Shown: positions 21,090-33,760 of the stretch, in pieces
Position numbering within the stretch: the stretch's first letter is position 1
Layout of the letters: the number at the start of each line of letters is the position of its first letter
DNA from: Octopus bimaculoides
Taxonomy: Eukaryota
Direction of reading: 5' to 3'
Assembly (NCBI RefSeq): GCF_001194135.2
Contig: NC_068990.1
Location: 9,110,739-9,154,494 of the forward strand
DNA: 43,756 nucleotides
Translations under genes and position numbers: made by a program
Notes under the pieces: generated by a model
Database searches by the model: none
What the model was told of the DNA's origin: nothing
What the model saw: the letters and a program-made list of their open reading frames with translations, nothing else

Positions 21090-22495
21090 TTATATTTGGT
21101 GATTCTTATCTAAAGCATGAAACTCTTGTTCACAACAATTGTATAATGTATTGTGCATGCGCACAAACATAACATTCATCTGGGTATGCTCGAATTAAAT
21201 CATTTCGAATGTGCTCTTAGTGATGTTCCTAGCATGGATCTTTCTGTAGTACTTTGCGTCACAGCAATTCAATGTTCTATCCTCTTCATAGTAGTCCACA
21301 TCTCACTTGCTTATAAGAGTGCATGTAGGATGGTGCTATTGAAGAGTCTAGCTCATATGGTATTGTCTGTTTTTGTGTTTAAGCTCATCCTTTATTAAGG
21401 TAAACACTTTCCATCCTGCTCTTATTCCCTGTGAGATTCTAGCATCCATATCACATCTCATATTCACTGTGTGCCCTTAGTAGGTGTAGTCTTTACCTCT
21501 TCAATTTCATCGCTTCCCACCTCTACTTGACGTTATGCTACATCTTCCAACCTCATATATTTTGTTTTCATGTGGTTCATTTTAAAACCTAGTGATAAAC
21601 TATGAGCGCCCAGGTCTGTCAGCATCGTCTGCAGCTGGTCTGTGGTTTCACTGATGAGTACAATGTCATCTGTGAATCAGAGGTGTGTTAGTTGCTAGCC
21701 ATTGATGTCATGTATCCAGTTGATAATCTTGATAACTATTTCTAGGCATGTAGTGAAGAGCTTTGTAGAGATGATCCCTTCTCAATTGGGATCTTTACTG
21801 GTGGTGATAGCAGAGCTATATCTGTTGAGCATTCAAAATTTGCGTCTCTGAGCAACATGATGTATTACACATCGACACTGCTTTCCTGAAATTTCAACAC
21901 TGTGTTCATCTTGATGCTATCAAAGGCTGTTTTGTATTCAGCAAAAGCAAAAACTGCAAGCCAGTTGGAACTTGGCAGAAGAATCTTGGAGAAGATGAAG
22001 AAAATGCTGCAAAAACAATGATAAGACAGCATCTGAGAAATGAGTTTGAGAATTATAGACAGAAGAAATTGATGCAAGAGAGGGCTGACACACCCTATAG
22101 GTTAGAGGTAATAGCACTAAAGGACACAGATAGGCTCATGGTGACATACAAAGGGGAGATGGAGGAGGTTTGCAAAACCTACACCAACCTTTTTAAATCA
22201 TCAGTGAAGCTTGATCCTCCACCACCACAAATGTTGGAAGAAGTGCCACCTATTCTGATCAGTGAAATTGAAAATGTCCTCAGATTGATGAAAATAGACT
22301 AAGCTCCTGGTAAAGATGGCATTATGGCATCACAGCAGTAATATTAAGATACAGAGGTGAAGAGCTGGGGAAAATCCTTTTTCTACACTTCATTTGCTAT
22401 ATGAAGTGGGGTAAATTCCCTCACTGTTGAAAGAGTCAAATACCACCCTCCTTCATTAGAAGGATGATTATGATTTTAAAAACTATTGTCCCAGC
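21090..22495. mobile_element. RTE-clade LINE remnant with inverted 5' segment
   Basis: Minus strand 22000 to 21090: FAEYKTAFDSI, KLFTTCLE, L*FTDDIVLISE, GFKMNHMKTKYM. Plus strand 22010-22495: VPPILISEIENVL..MK..*APGKDGI, WKESNTTLLH*KDDYDFKNYCP. Confidence 0.75.
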
Positions 22496-22552
22496 GTACG
22501 AATGATTCAGCCAGCTCACTACCATGATAATAATGATAATAATAATCCCTAC

Positions 22553-22735
22553 TACTATAGGCACAAGGTCTGAAATTTTGGGGGAGGGGGTTAGTCAATT
22601 ACATTGACCCCAATGTGTAAAGGATGAAAGGCAAAGCTGACCTTGGTGGAATTTGAACTCAGAATGCAAAGACAAACAGAATACCACTAAGCATTTCATC
22701 CAGTGTGCTAATGATTCTGCCAGCTCACTGCCTTC
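22553..22735 (-). mobile_element. tRNA-derived SINE, family D
   Basis: Minus strand GGCAGTGAGCTGGCAGAATCATTAGC...TTCTGAGTTCAAATTCC (B box). Head fragments also at 22497-22522 and 29229-29305. Confidence 0.75.
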
Positions 22736-22746
22736 AATTAATAATG

Positions 22747-22783
<37 letters not shown>

Positions 22784-23365
22784 TGATATCATTTATTTGC
22801 CACCAGGGTGAAGGATGAGGGGTACAATACGAAACAGATATAAAGTGTTGGGATTTACATATAATTGAATGATAAAATAAATAGATAATAGTAATAAAAA
22901 AAAGTATATAGAACATACAGTGAAAAGAAAGAGAAGTTTACATAGTATACAAAGGTTAACAAAAAAAAAAACAGTTGAGGTATGATAGAGATGTAGTCCT
23001 CTTGATACAGGATGACTTCTAGGGATAATCGAAGAACCTCACTATCCAAAATCTCCCTGAACACCAAGGGCAAGTCCCCTCTCCAGTTCCCTTTTTCTGA
23101 TTCACAGGTTTATACTTGGAGAGGGACCATCCATAATAATAATAATAATAATAATAATAAATTGTTACTTTATAACTCCCTTGAATTGCTTTCTTTAAAA
23201 ATAAATTGTTCTAATTTCATTTTACTGACAACCCTCATTTGTGCCATTATTGTTGTTGAACATGTCACCGAGGCATGGTTACTGTGTATATTACTGTTTG
23301 AACAACTGTAAATTTCTAACTCTTCTACTTGTAACTAGTCAGACATATAATCATCCTTATTTTAG

Positions 23366-23471
23366 GCAAAGGAAAGAAGAGGTGGCTGCCCTGTCTGGCC
23401 CCAATGAGTTTGCAGAATTTTATGCCAGGCTGAAAACCCTTAAAGATTTTCATCGGAAGCATCCCGGCGAA
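23366..23471 (+). CDS. SF3A3: SF3A3 coding exon 4 (QRKEEVAALSGPNEFAEFYARLKTLKDFHRKHPGE)
   Basis: TTTTAG acceptor, GTAAGA donor, 106 nt; phase matches exon 3. Confidence 0.97.
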
Positions 23472-25634
23472 GTAAGAATTCCTTTATCTTGTACTAACTA
23501 CCTACAGCTTACAGGGCTTTCATGAGCTCTTATATGTATCACCACATATCCTGCACTATCTATAAAATAGTTACAACTTTGTTCTACAATATTTATACAG
23601 CACTGCCTGAACTATTCATAATTTAGTTGAGTGTATCAGTCTGTTATACAGTTATAAAGCCCCAGTGATCTAATAATAGGAACACATATAGTAGAGTAGG
23701 TATGCTTTTTTTTTGACATACTCTAAACACCTGAGGATTAACACATCTGCTCATAAGCTGGCTTTTACAGAAAAATGTAATTTTCTAATAGTTATTGACA
23801 GATTGTCTTTTCAGTAAAAGTCAGCCAAACAAAATATTTTCTTTAATGTAAAAAATTTCCACTACTTTTTACTTCAATACTTGTCTCTCATATTAATTTT
23901 TGTAAAAATATTTTTGCACTGTTTGAGGCAATGCTTTCTTACCAAGATCTCTATTTTCATAATATTCACTTCTAATGCCCTGTCATAGAAGTACCAAAAA
24001 TTCTCTTAAGAGTCTTAAAATTTTACCCACTCACATGCCTACCATAAATGTTTCTTGTGTCAAAAACACTTCTTGTGCTGTGAGATGATTGAACATTTCT
24101 TTGATTTTGTTCATGAAGTACACAAACATTCCATTTATATTGATTGGATGAGATCAAACTTGGGGAAGTTTTCACTTTGTTATTAGTTTCTAGATAGTAG
24201 AGAAGATAGAAGAAGAGAAAAAAACCTATTGCTCAGAAGCAGTCTCATGTTCTTTCTTTGTCTTCAGCATTTCCATGATAAATTTCATTGATCTTGGCAT
24301 ATAACAAAACATATTTCATCTTGTTGAATGTAAATATGTAGCCTGGCTTAAAATTTTTGCTTTCATTTCCTTATATTTTCATTGTGATTAAATATAAACC
24401 AAGAATGGGCAAAATTGTGCTTTTTTTTATTAGTTTTGAACTTGAAATTTCCAATTTGCAAAACTGAAATATTTCAAAAGCCAAACATGAGGAAGGGAAT
24501 AAATCAAATCTCCCAGAATATTTGAAACTTGAAAATTCATTTTGAACATAAATTGAAATTCAATAATGATTGAAATGAAGGGCTAGTCTATAGACTACGG
24601 GGCCACCAGTTATTGTAATCTTGTTATAGGCATTTTGTTGTGGTGCTAATGAAGGAACATAACTTTACTTGCTTCAATTTACCTGTTTGGCAGAAGATGA
24701 ATTCCTTTCTTAATTTGTGGTGGTGGGTAACACATCCAATAATTTATGATTGATTTATGGTTGTTCAAAGAACACAATTCTATACATCGAACAGAAATGT
24801 GATATATAAGTTGTAACCAAAAATAAAAATCTAACACAATGTAGAACTTAACCATACATCCCCTGGTCAGTAATTAACATGAGATATGGTTTCAAGTTCT
24901 AATCAGTACTTTTTATTTCTCCTTCTGTTGAAATCCTATCTATCCAATGACCACATTTCCATTCAGTATTTGGTGTCATATATTCTTAATCCTACACTGG
25001 TCTAATAAACAGTTATGAACTATGAGCTATAACTGGGAATCAATCTTGAGGTGCAGATGCTTGGCAAGCACTTATTTTCTCTCTCTTTTTCAAATATGCA
25101 CTATTTGTATGTATCTAAAAATATATGTAAAATTATCTAAAATGTAAACATATTTACCGTTCGGTACTGGACTAAAAACCAATTAATTTAACATTAGGAA
25201 AATACAAATTAATCTCACATTAACTTCACATTTGAATTATTGGAACTCAACTCTTTGATACACTAAATTTGTTTTGAATAGCATTGGCAATTGAATAAAT
25301 GTAAATTCTCATCAAGCTGAGTTATGTTCACATTAAGCTAAATTCCAATCAAGCCAGGTCTAGGATCTGGTTTCAAAAGTTAGAATATAGACAGATGTGA
25401 ATAAACACTGCTTTTCGTCCGGTGCTTGATCAGTTTTGCTTGTTAGCCTGTAAATTTCAAGCTATCGGTCCAGAAAGTATCGAAATACATAATGTAGCCT
25501 TCTGTGGATTTGCATTCATGCCTTTACATGGCTAATGAGATTAATTTACAAATTGCACTTGTTGCCTATGTTGCTGTTATAAAATTTAATATTTACCAAG
25601 TTCCATGTTGACTCTCTTTGTTGTTGTTCTTCAG

Positions 25635-25707
25635 ATTAATGTTCCTATGTCTGTAGAGTTTGAAGAACTGGCTAAATTACGAGAAAATACTTCAGAAGAA
25701 ATGCAAG
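25635..25707 (+). CDS. SF3A3: SF3A3 coding exon 5 (INVPMSVEFEELAKLRENTSEEMQ)
   Basis: CTTCAG acceptor, GTACCT donor, 73 nt; conserved VPMSVEFEEL. Confidence 0.95.
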
Positions 25708-26407
25708 GTACCTAACTTTTTCTTTTCTTTTTATCTTCTTTTACATTATCAGAACACTACTTGTATAAATTATTTAAGCTCACCATATCACTGGTATAAT
25801 GATAATTGTCTCAATTGTATTTTATTTAATATAAAGAAGAGCCAGCCTCAGTAAAACAATAAGAGAATTCATATTTTTAATGTTCTGTAATAAGAGTGTT
25901 GCTGTATTTTGTCTACATATGTAGAGGTCAGTTTTTAACATTTATCTTTCTCAATAATTTTATCTCAGTTAAATATTTCAATATAAATATCATAACTTTA
26001 CTGTCTTTTTGTCTATAAATATCAGGCTTAATGCCAAAGGAAGACACATGTCTTTAAAAGGGAAATGAATTTAGAAAACTGGACTTATTTCTGCCTCATT
26101 GTTTTGAGTTCAAATTGCTGTAGAGTACATTCATCTCTCTGAGAAAATTAAATAGATGCCAGTTGTACATATAAATAGATACTAGTTATATATATATATA
26201 TATACACACACACATATATATATATATTCCGTTTTGGGATTTGGTTTGCAAGATTCTTCATGTGAGTTTGTGTGCTGAAGCATATTCTGTTGTGTCTGGG
26301 GAAAGTCATTCTCTTTTAGTGCCTTATAATTTAACACATTCACCGGTAAAATTTCCACTTGTTTCCTTCTTTATTTTTCTAAAATTTTTGTTGCGTCTTG
26401 CAACCTT

Positions 26408-26476
<69 letters not shown>

Positions 26477-27361
26477 CTAGTTGTATATATAAATAGATGC
26501 TATTTGTATATATAAATAGTTGCTAGTTGTATATAAATTTAATTACCTACATACCCTCCCTTTGAAAATTAGTCTTGTCTCTATATGGAAACATTTTAAA
26601 AACTAGATTTTCTCTGAATTATGTGTTTCACAAATGGTAATTAGTTGGCTGGGTTGTTAAATCTTACAGTTTTATCAACTTAACTCTGTATTTTCATAAT
26701 TCAAATCCTGTTGGGATTAGCCTTTATTGTTGTCCTTCATTAATTGATATAAGTACCAGTAACATACTAGTAAGAATTCAGTTAATTGTATCCTGCTTTA
26801 TAAAATTTAACCTTGGACCCTGTCATTATGAATCATTTACAGATTCTGCTAAGGTCCCAAAGACTTAGTTGCTATGTCAATGTTTACAATAATTAGAGCG
26901 TTTGTGAACCAAGAGCTATCTACTCTTGGATCTATTCCTTTTCTAGTTCTTTACAAAATCCTGTTTAATAAGCATAAAAGTTTCAAAATTTTACCTTGTG
27001 GACAGAAGTTGAAAAGTTGAAACTAATTTGCTAGTTAATAATAATTGACTTAATGAATGCTGTATGTAGAGCTAAGAATTGTATAGACATAATGAGTAGT
27101 GTATATGGAGCTAATGATGGTACTGTATCTTTAGATGATAGTGCTACATTATGTTTTGAGAACTTTTATCTCCTTTGGAAGATAAGCTTTTCCTCTCAGT
27201 GCCCAATGGTTGATTATATGTGATGTGGAGAAGAAATGTGATGTTCTTTTATGTTTTATCTTTTACCTGTTTCAGTCATTAGACTGCTGCCATACTGGAG
27301 CATCACCTTGAGGAATTTTAGTTGAAGAAATTGACTGTAGTACTTAATTTTTAAAACCTCC

Positions 27362-27640
27362 TCCTCTATTTGTCTGTCTTCCATGCTGGTATGGGTTGGA
27401 CAGTTTGACAGAATCAGTGAGCCAGGGGACTGCTTCAAGCTCCAGTCTCTTCTTTGGCATGGTGTCTACTGCTGGACACCCTTCCTAATGTCAACCACTT
27501 CACAAAGTGTGGTGGGTGGGTGCATTTTTCACGGCACTGGTAGTAGTGAGGTAACTTGCAAGACAAAGGAAAAAAAGAAGCCCTCAACTGAATTGGATTG
27601 TAGTAGATACCACATGGTGGGGGTCATATTTGGGATGTCC
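27362..27640 (-). mobile_element. Repeat family C, diverged copy (preceded by a family A tail at 27254-27350)
   Basis: CCATGCTGGTATGGGTTGGACAG...CCCTTCCTAATGTCAACCAC. Confidence 0.7.
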
Positions 27641-27943
27641 TGCAAACTTCTTAACCATTTGCTATGCTGTGTCCATACATTAATACTTAAACACATACAG
27701 TTTGAAGACTATTGAAAAGGTTGCAAGATGCAACGAAAATTTTAGGAAAATAAAAATAAGAAATAAGTGGAAATTTTACCGGTGAGTGTGTTAAATTTTA
27801 AGGCACAATAAGAAAATGACTTTCCCCAGACACAACAGAATAAACACATACAGTTTCAAGGATAAAGGCTGGCAAAATAGAATTAGATTATTAGATTTGG
27901 TTGTTGTTGATGTAATGATGTAATTTTTCTTTTTCTCTTTTAG

Positions 27944-28035
27944 ACATGGTTGATTTTACTGATGAAGAAGGATATGGAAAATATCTGGATATGCATGAAT
28001 GTTACGAGAAATTCATCAATTTGAAAGGAATTGAT
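27944..28035 (+). CDS. SF3A3: SF3A3 coding exon 6 (DMVDFTDEEGYGKYLDMHECYEKFINLKGID)
   Basis: TTTTAG acceptor, GTAAGC donor, 92 nt; conserved FTDEEGYG.YLD.H. Confidence 0.97.
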
Positions 28036-28517
28036 GTAAGCCTTCAATTCACTAAAATTTTCTCTCTTTTTATTTCTGTCTTGTCTTTCCATTTATCACC
28101 ATAGAATAGTGAAGTGGTTTCTATCTTAACATTTTTTCTTACATGTAAGTAAAATAGAGTAGCTAATTCTTGCAACAAACAGAAAACCTCGATTCAAAGA
28201 AAGAACCTGCATGTGGTTGCTTGATCTGCTAGGAATAGCAGCCAGATTTCCATCAAATCACACTCTACCTCTCCGAAAAGGGTAGGACACGTTTTATAAT
28301 GTAATCTTGCTTAGCAACCACTTGTTTTCAGTTCATGTTGATGTAACCTTGGGTTTCCATAGCTTTATGCTAACCACTGACTTGTGAGTAAACAGAAAAT
28401 GTATGGAAGCCCATTGTGTATGATTGTTTGCATGTGTGATGTGTGTACATGCATATATTTATATGTATATATATATATGTGTGTGTGTATGTGTGTGTTT
28501 ATATATATATGTACACA

Positions 28518-28580
<63 letters not shown>

Positions 28581-28599
28581 CATTGCCAGAGCTGTTCAT

Positions 28600-29011
28600 T
28601 GCCAGAGCAGCTGTCTGGCTTCCGTGCTAGTGGCACGTAAATAGCACTATTTGAGCGTGATTGTTACCAGCGTCGCCTTACTGGCACTTGTGCCGGTGGC
28701 ACATTAGAAAATCATTCGACCGATGTCGTTGCCAGTGCCGCTGAACTGGCTCCTGTGCAGGTGGCACGTAAAAAACACCATTTTGAGCATGGCCGTTGCC
28801 AGTACCGTATGACTGGCTCTCGTGCCTGTGGCACGTAAAAGCACCCACTACACTCTCAGAGAGGTTGGCGTTAGGAAGGGCATTCAGCTGTAGAAACTCT
28901 GCCAGATCAGATTGGAGCCTGGTGCAGCCATCCGGTTCACCAGTACTCAGTCAAATCGTCCAACCCATGCTAGAATGGAAAGCAGACGTTAAACAATGAT
29001 GATGATGATGA
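28600..29011 (+). mobile_element. Repeat family C, long copy with four 65-67-bp internal units
   Basis: GTGGCAC unit starts at 28630, 28696, 28761 and 28828; (GAT)n tail. Confidence 0.85.
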
Positions 29012-29047
29012 GATATATATATATATGTATGTATGTGTATATTCTTA

Positions 29048-29160
29048 TACAAGAATGCTGTTGCAGTGACTTTGAAATTTTGGCCACCTAAGTTATTGTC
29101 AGACTTGATGATGGCTTAGTTGACCGAAACTTTGAAGTCACTGTTAACAATGTTCTTGTA
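29048..29160. ncRNA. Head-to-head inverted pair of decayed hammerhead-like motifs
   Basis: Plus copy CTTGATGA-T-GGC-ttagttg-ACC-GAAA-C-TTTGAA-G-TC-ACTG. Minus copy CTGACAA-TAAC-ttaggtg-GCC-AAAA-T-TTCAAA-G-TC-ACTG. Arms 29048-29092 and 29115-29160 are inverted repeats. Confidence 0.55.
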
Positions 29161-29903
29161 TATGAATGATACATTTGTACTCTACAAAAGTATAGAGTAA
29201 CCCATCAAATTAATGTAACATTGTTTTTGGCAAGCTGACAGAATTATTAGCGCACTGGACAAAATACTTAACAGCATTCTGTTCGTCTTTAGGTTCTGAG
29301 TATTCTTAAACATAGTATGTCTAATTAAAGATGGGTTGGTCATGGCTGGGATTATTTTTGATCAAGGCTAATCAAAACAAAAAGTGCACCTAAAAACTTT
29401 GTGCAAATATTTTATTAAAACCTCAATACCTAACCAGAATTATATCACAAAAGTGGGTTTTTTTCTTCGTTAATCTAGATACTACATACCTAATTTTACT
29501 TTACTTCCTATTATTTACTTTTATCAACCTCAGTATATTACTGGTAGTTATTTTATTGACCTAGTCGAAATTGAAAGTCAGAACAGGTTTTTGACGTTTA
29601 GATTGAGCTGACGTATGATCAAAGATGTTCCAGATATGACCATCCCACTTTTGTTTTTGTTTATCTAGAACTACATTACCCTTTGTATCATTCAGAGTGT
29701 GATTATTGAGGGATTTGGCTGTAACTAATATCAAAATGCTTGTTACTTGTAGGCCTTATTGCTGACTCAAATCTAGTTATATGTAAGTTATTAACTCTAC
29801 CACTCCTCTATATTAGTTAAGTCTTCAAACTCTTAACATCTATAGTTTGAGTATTGTGTGAGATTATGGAAACTAATACTTTTGTTCTCTGTTGTTATTT
29901 CAG

Positions 29904-29986
29904 AAAATTGACTATATCACCTATCTATCCACATTTGATCAGTTTTTTGATATTCCTAAAGACAAGAAAGGTGGCGCCTACAAGGA
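29904..29986 (+). CDS. SF3A3: SF3A3 coding exon 7 (KIDYITYLSTFDQFFDIPKDKKGGAYK)
   Basis: TTTCAG acceptor, GTAAGT donor, 83 nt. Confidence 0.96.
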
Positions 29987-30149
29987 GTAAGTTATTTGAG
30001 AAAGTTTTCTATCCTTTATCGTTAGATATCACCTGTGATGACCTCTACTTTGTATGATACGTCATAAACAAATTGGAGGAGCCGGAAAATTGGTTAGAAA
30101 AGGTATCGCAAATGTGGTGTTAGCAATGAGATTGGCCCTTGTGAAAAAC

Positions 30150-32480
30150 GAAGTATGCACTCATATGGAAATGAACGCTGAAACATAAGAGCATGAAAGC
30201 CATTGAATAAGCCTGAGTGGCAAAGGCAGAACATGGCAATGAGGCTTCAGTTCTATATTTGACAGACCACTATGGATGTATCATGTCTGATCCAAAGTAG
30301 ACATATATTGCTCTCTGGTAGCATTTTGCAGTACTCAAGGAGTACTGGTCTAGGGATGTTAGACTTTGATGCATATATCAATAGACTCTTAGAGGTACAG
30401 AATTCTGTAGAAAGCAAAATGCAATGGACACTGTGGTAGATATGTTACTATGAGAGAGAAATCTTTGGGAATAGATGTTCTGTCTTATAAAGCTTTATAA
30501 CCAACATGCCTGACAGTTTTGCTACTCTCTTGTCAATTGTCACTTGTATCTGGCAGCAGACTGTGTTAATTCCTAGTTGTTGTAAATCAGGGTATGGTTT
30601 TGCTGCTGAGGAAGTATTTGAACAAGGGAGATGTAATAGACAACTTCAGGCCCATGACTCAGCTAAACACAGATATGAAGATTTTTGGCAAAGTTGCTCA
30701 TCAAGAGGTTGTTGGTTGTCATCAACTCTGTAGTCCGAAGTGCACAGAATTGTTTGACCCTTGTGGATCTATCCATGATAACTTATATCTCATGCAATTC
30801 ATCATTGAGTGGATTGGGAATAGTTCAGGTTTCAGTGGGGTTATAAGACTGATCAATCTGACTCAGTCTAAATCTTACAACAGAATGAGTCATTGCTAAT
30901 GGGGGACTGTCTTAAGAGCATCTAGTTTAGGTTCTGTTTGCAGAGGTTGGATTGCTGCATGCAGTGTACAGCAATATTGATTCTATTGTCTAAATAAATG
31001 GCCACTTCATCTATTAGAACCATTTTGCATCACATTCTTTATCGATCAAGGATGTTTCCTTTTCTCTCTCTTGTACATTTTGGCACTGGAGTTATTGTGA
31101 AGTTTGGAGGCTGAGAGAAACACCCCATCCATTTGAACTGGAACTGATAAGCGCTGTTTCTGCTTATGCATTCAGGGCCAGAGACTTTGGAAATCGAGGT
31201 AGTTGGTAGGTACATATCAGCTTGGTCAAGTCTTTGGGGTTGCTGCTCAGTACTTAGAGAAGCAAATTGATGCTCACCAGCATTGAATCTCTCTATACTA
31301 GACATGCTTGTGGGAAAAAAAATAAGAAAATGAAAACGGTCATAATAGGGTGGCATGTTGGCATGTACTGAAGCTGACATAACTGATGAGATTCCTGGAG
31401 TACAGAGCTGACACTGGTAACTAAATAAATTTGGGCACCTTCCATATGATAGATCTTTTTGCAGTCCACCTTCACCAAGCGTTCATACTCCAGAGCTTGG
31501 GCAGTTTCATATATGGGATACTACCAAGCACAGTGAGACAGTGCAGTCAGTTTGTAGTCTGTAGAGAGTTGGTAGGGTTCAAGTGATGATGCCTAGGAAC
31601 AATCTGAACTGTCACTTCTGGAGGACTTTCAAATCTGGGATTATGGACAATTTTCAAAAGTTTTTGGCCTTGCATTGCTACTGGTGATCACTGTCTGCTT
31701 GGGATAAATGTACAGGTATAGAAGTGCTCTGACCAGAACTAATCTGAGGTGCTTGCAGGATGACAAAAATATCTTGTCCTGACTTACACTGAACTAGTAT
31801 AATAGCGAGGGAAAGCTGTACCTTATAATCAGCCTTGCTCTGTTATCTCTTAGTTGCTTGACTAGTGGCAAGGCAGGCCATGGCAACCCGAAGTATACCA
31901 GAAATGCAGTGAGATGACCACGATGATCTACATGTCTTGTACACATCCTGCAGTGATGTTGTTAGATACTGTCTTTCTAACTATTGAAACTTAACCACTA
32001 ACAGTGAGGTTTTTTGTGTGTCCAGTGTTTGGAAATCTGGTCTTCATATGTTTTGGGTGACAAGTCCTTACCAAATTTCACTGAGATTTTAAAACTTCTT
32101 GGCTACTCTGAAACTAGTTTAGGGTGGCATACAGTAACATGCAGACAGTTTATTAAACCACAGGTAAGAGCTGGGTATCAGTCTTGAAACAGTGGTAGAT
32201 AAACTGTCTTGAAGAAGAATTGACTGGACTCCTACCAAACATGCTGTCCTTCCATGACAGCCTCAGTGAATCATGCATGTAACATATTGGCATCGCAGCT
32301 GGTAGGAAGGTTATTTTTTATGTGTTTAATGGTGTGAAACCAGTGCTAAGGACTTGCCTTCAAGAGGCTGTAGGAGTTCTTGATGGCATTTGCATTGACT
32401 TACATGAAACTTTGCGTTTTTGTCCACAGCTTGGTAACCAACTCCCCTAATATCAAAGTTTAACAAGGCCATCACCAATT
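30150..32480 (+). mobile_element. Tx1/L1-clade LINE ORF2 remnant
   Basis: DNFRPMTQLNTDMKIFGKV, GSIHDNLYL, LINLTQSKSYNRMSH, SIDQGCFLFSLLYILALE, AVSAYA, all colinear on the + strand with many lesions. Confidence 0.7.
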
Positions 32481-33002
32481 TCTTTAGGTTCCATACTTCA
32501 CCTTACTTCTAATTCAGCCATATATGTTCTCATCCCCTCTTTAAAAAAATTGATTTTGTATTTGTATTTTGAAGGAAACAAGGCTTCAAGCCATTACTTC
32601 ATATCTCATTATATTATGATTTATTCTCTGACAAAAATACTTAGTTCTTATGTTTAGCATTACCTTTTTCTCTATATAGTATCATGATTAATATTCATTA
32701 GAAGAATCTTTTTCCCACAGATTGCTACCTTTCCTATCACTGTGAACTCAATCTGAATTAGGAATGGAGTTGAATCTGTTTTTTTTTTTATGTTTGGCAA
32801 GATGCAAATAGAGAGTGCTAAAGAAATGCAATATATCATCAAAGCTTAGTAAATTGTGTTTTTTATGTGAGTTAAATTTGTTTTTCATGTCACAGTTGTT
32901 GCTAATGTTTGAACAGCAAATATACTGAAGTAGTTTTAATCAACTGTATCTTTCTTATGGCCTGATTCTTTAAAAAAAATCTTTTTTTCTTCTCTTTGCC
33001 AG

Positions 33003-33075
33003 TTATCTTCTGATGCTCCTTGAATATCTTGAAAGTTACATCTACAAAGTGAAACCACTGCTTGATATGAACGAG
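33003..33075 (+). CDS. SF3A3: SF3A3 coding exon 8 (DYLLMLLEYLESYIYKVKPLLDMNE)
   Basis: TGCCAG acceptor, GTATAT donor, 73 nt; matches YLEMLLEYL...RVKPL. Confidence 0.92.
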
Positions 33076-33760
33076 GTATATTCACAGTACTTTTTTTTTT
33101 ACTCTTTTTGCAGTTTTAGCTCAGTTTCGTCTCAGTGTAATTAATAGATGTGATCTTAGACTTTTACAAATGAGACGACTGGATAGAGACTAGCTCTTAT
33201 AACTTTTGAATTCAAATCCACTGAAGGTATTTTGTTGTGTCTCTGGGTAAGGAACTCTACTTTACATGCCTTGTTTCATCTAGCTGTCAGAAACAGGAAA
33301 TGTAATTCTGTCAAAATTATCTACATTTGACTAACATCTTGTTCAGGAGGAGAATTACCTGGTCATTCATAACAAAATGTGTGTGTTGAATACCATAAAT
33401 CTTTCTATGCTACTGTGAATGGAATGGTTTTGCTGGAGCAGTTATTTTAATAACTGGTTGCCCTTCATTGAGAACTATACTGAAACAAGTTGATTTTGCT
33501 GAAGTTCATGACAGTAGCTGTAGTAGCAAGGTTCAGATTAACAATTCAGTGCTTCGGGATCCATCATTTCAACTTGCCAGCTATTGTGAGTCTTTATTCA
33601 TGGTACCTATTTGTTATCCTCAGAGAAAGTTAGAAAATCAGTGCTTGGTATTGTAAATTTGGGATGTACTGAGTACAGCTTTGGTTCAAATATCTGTTAA
33701 ACAAATTTGATTTTCGTTACTAATTATTATCTTGCTCCCTTATTTTTGTCTGTTTTTCAG

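Noticed and set aside
23241-23525. Standalone 94-aa ORF
   Set aside because: Only 23366-23471 is coding (SF3A3 exon 4); the rest is intronic read-through.
24584-24597. Perfect 14-bp palindrome TAGTCTATAGACTA
   Set aside because: At about 1 per 4^7 positions, a few are expected by chance in 44 kb, and there is no supporting context.
25708-25716. Minor (U12) intron donor at GTACCTAAC
   Set aside because: It does not match GTATCCTT. All eleven donors are compatible with U2-type.
31039-31478. Minus-strand ORFs suggesting an inverted LINE segment
   Set aside because: The recognisable RT motifs (QGC..S.LLY.LALE, VSAYA) are on the plus strand, colinear with the rest of the element.
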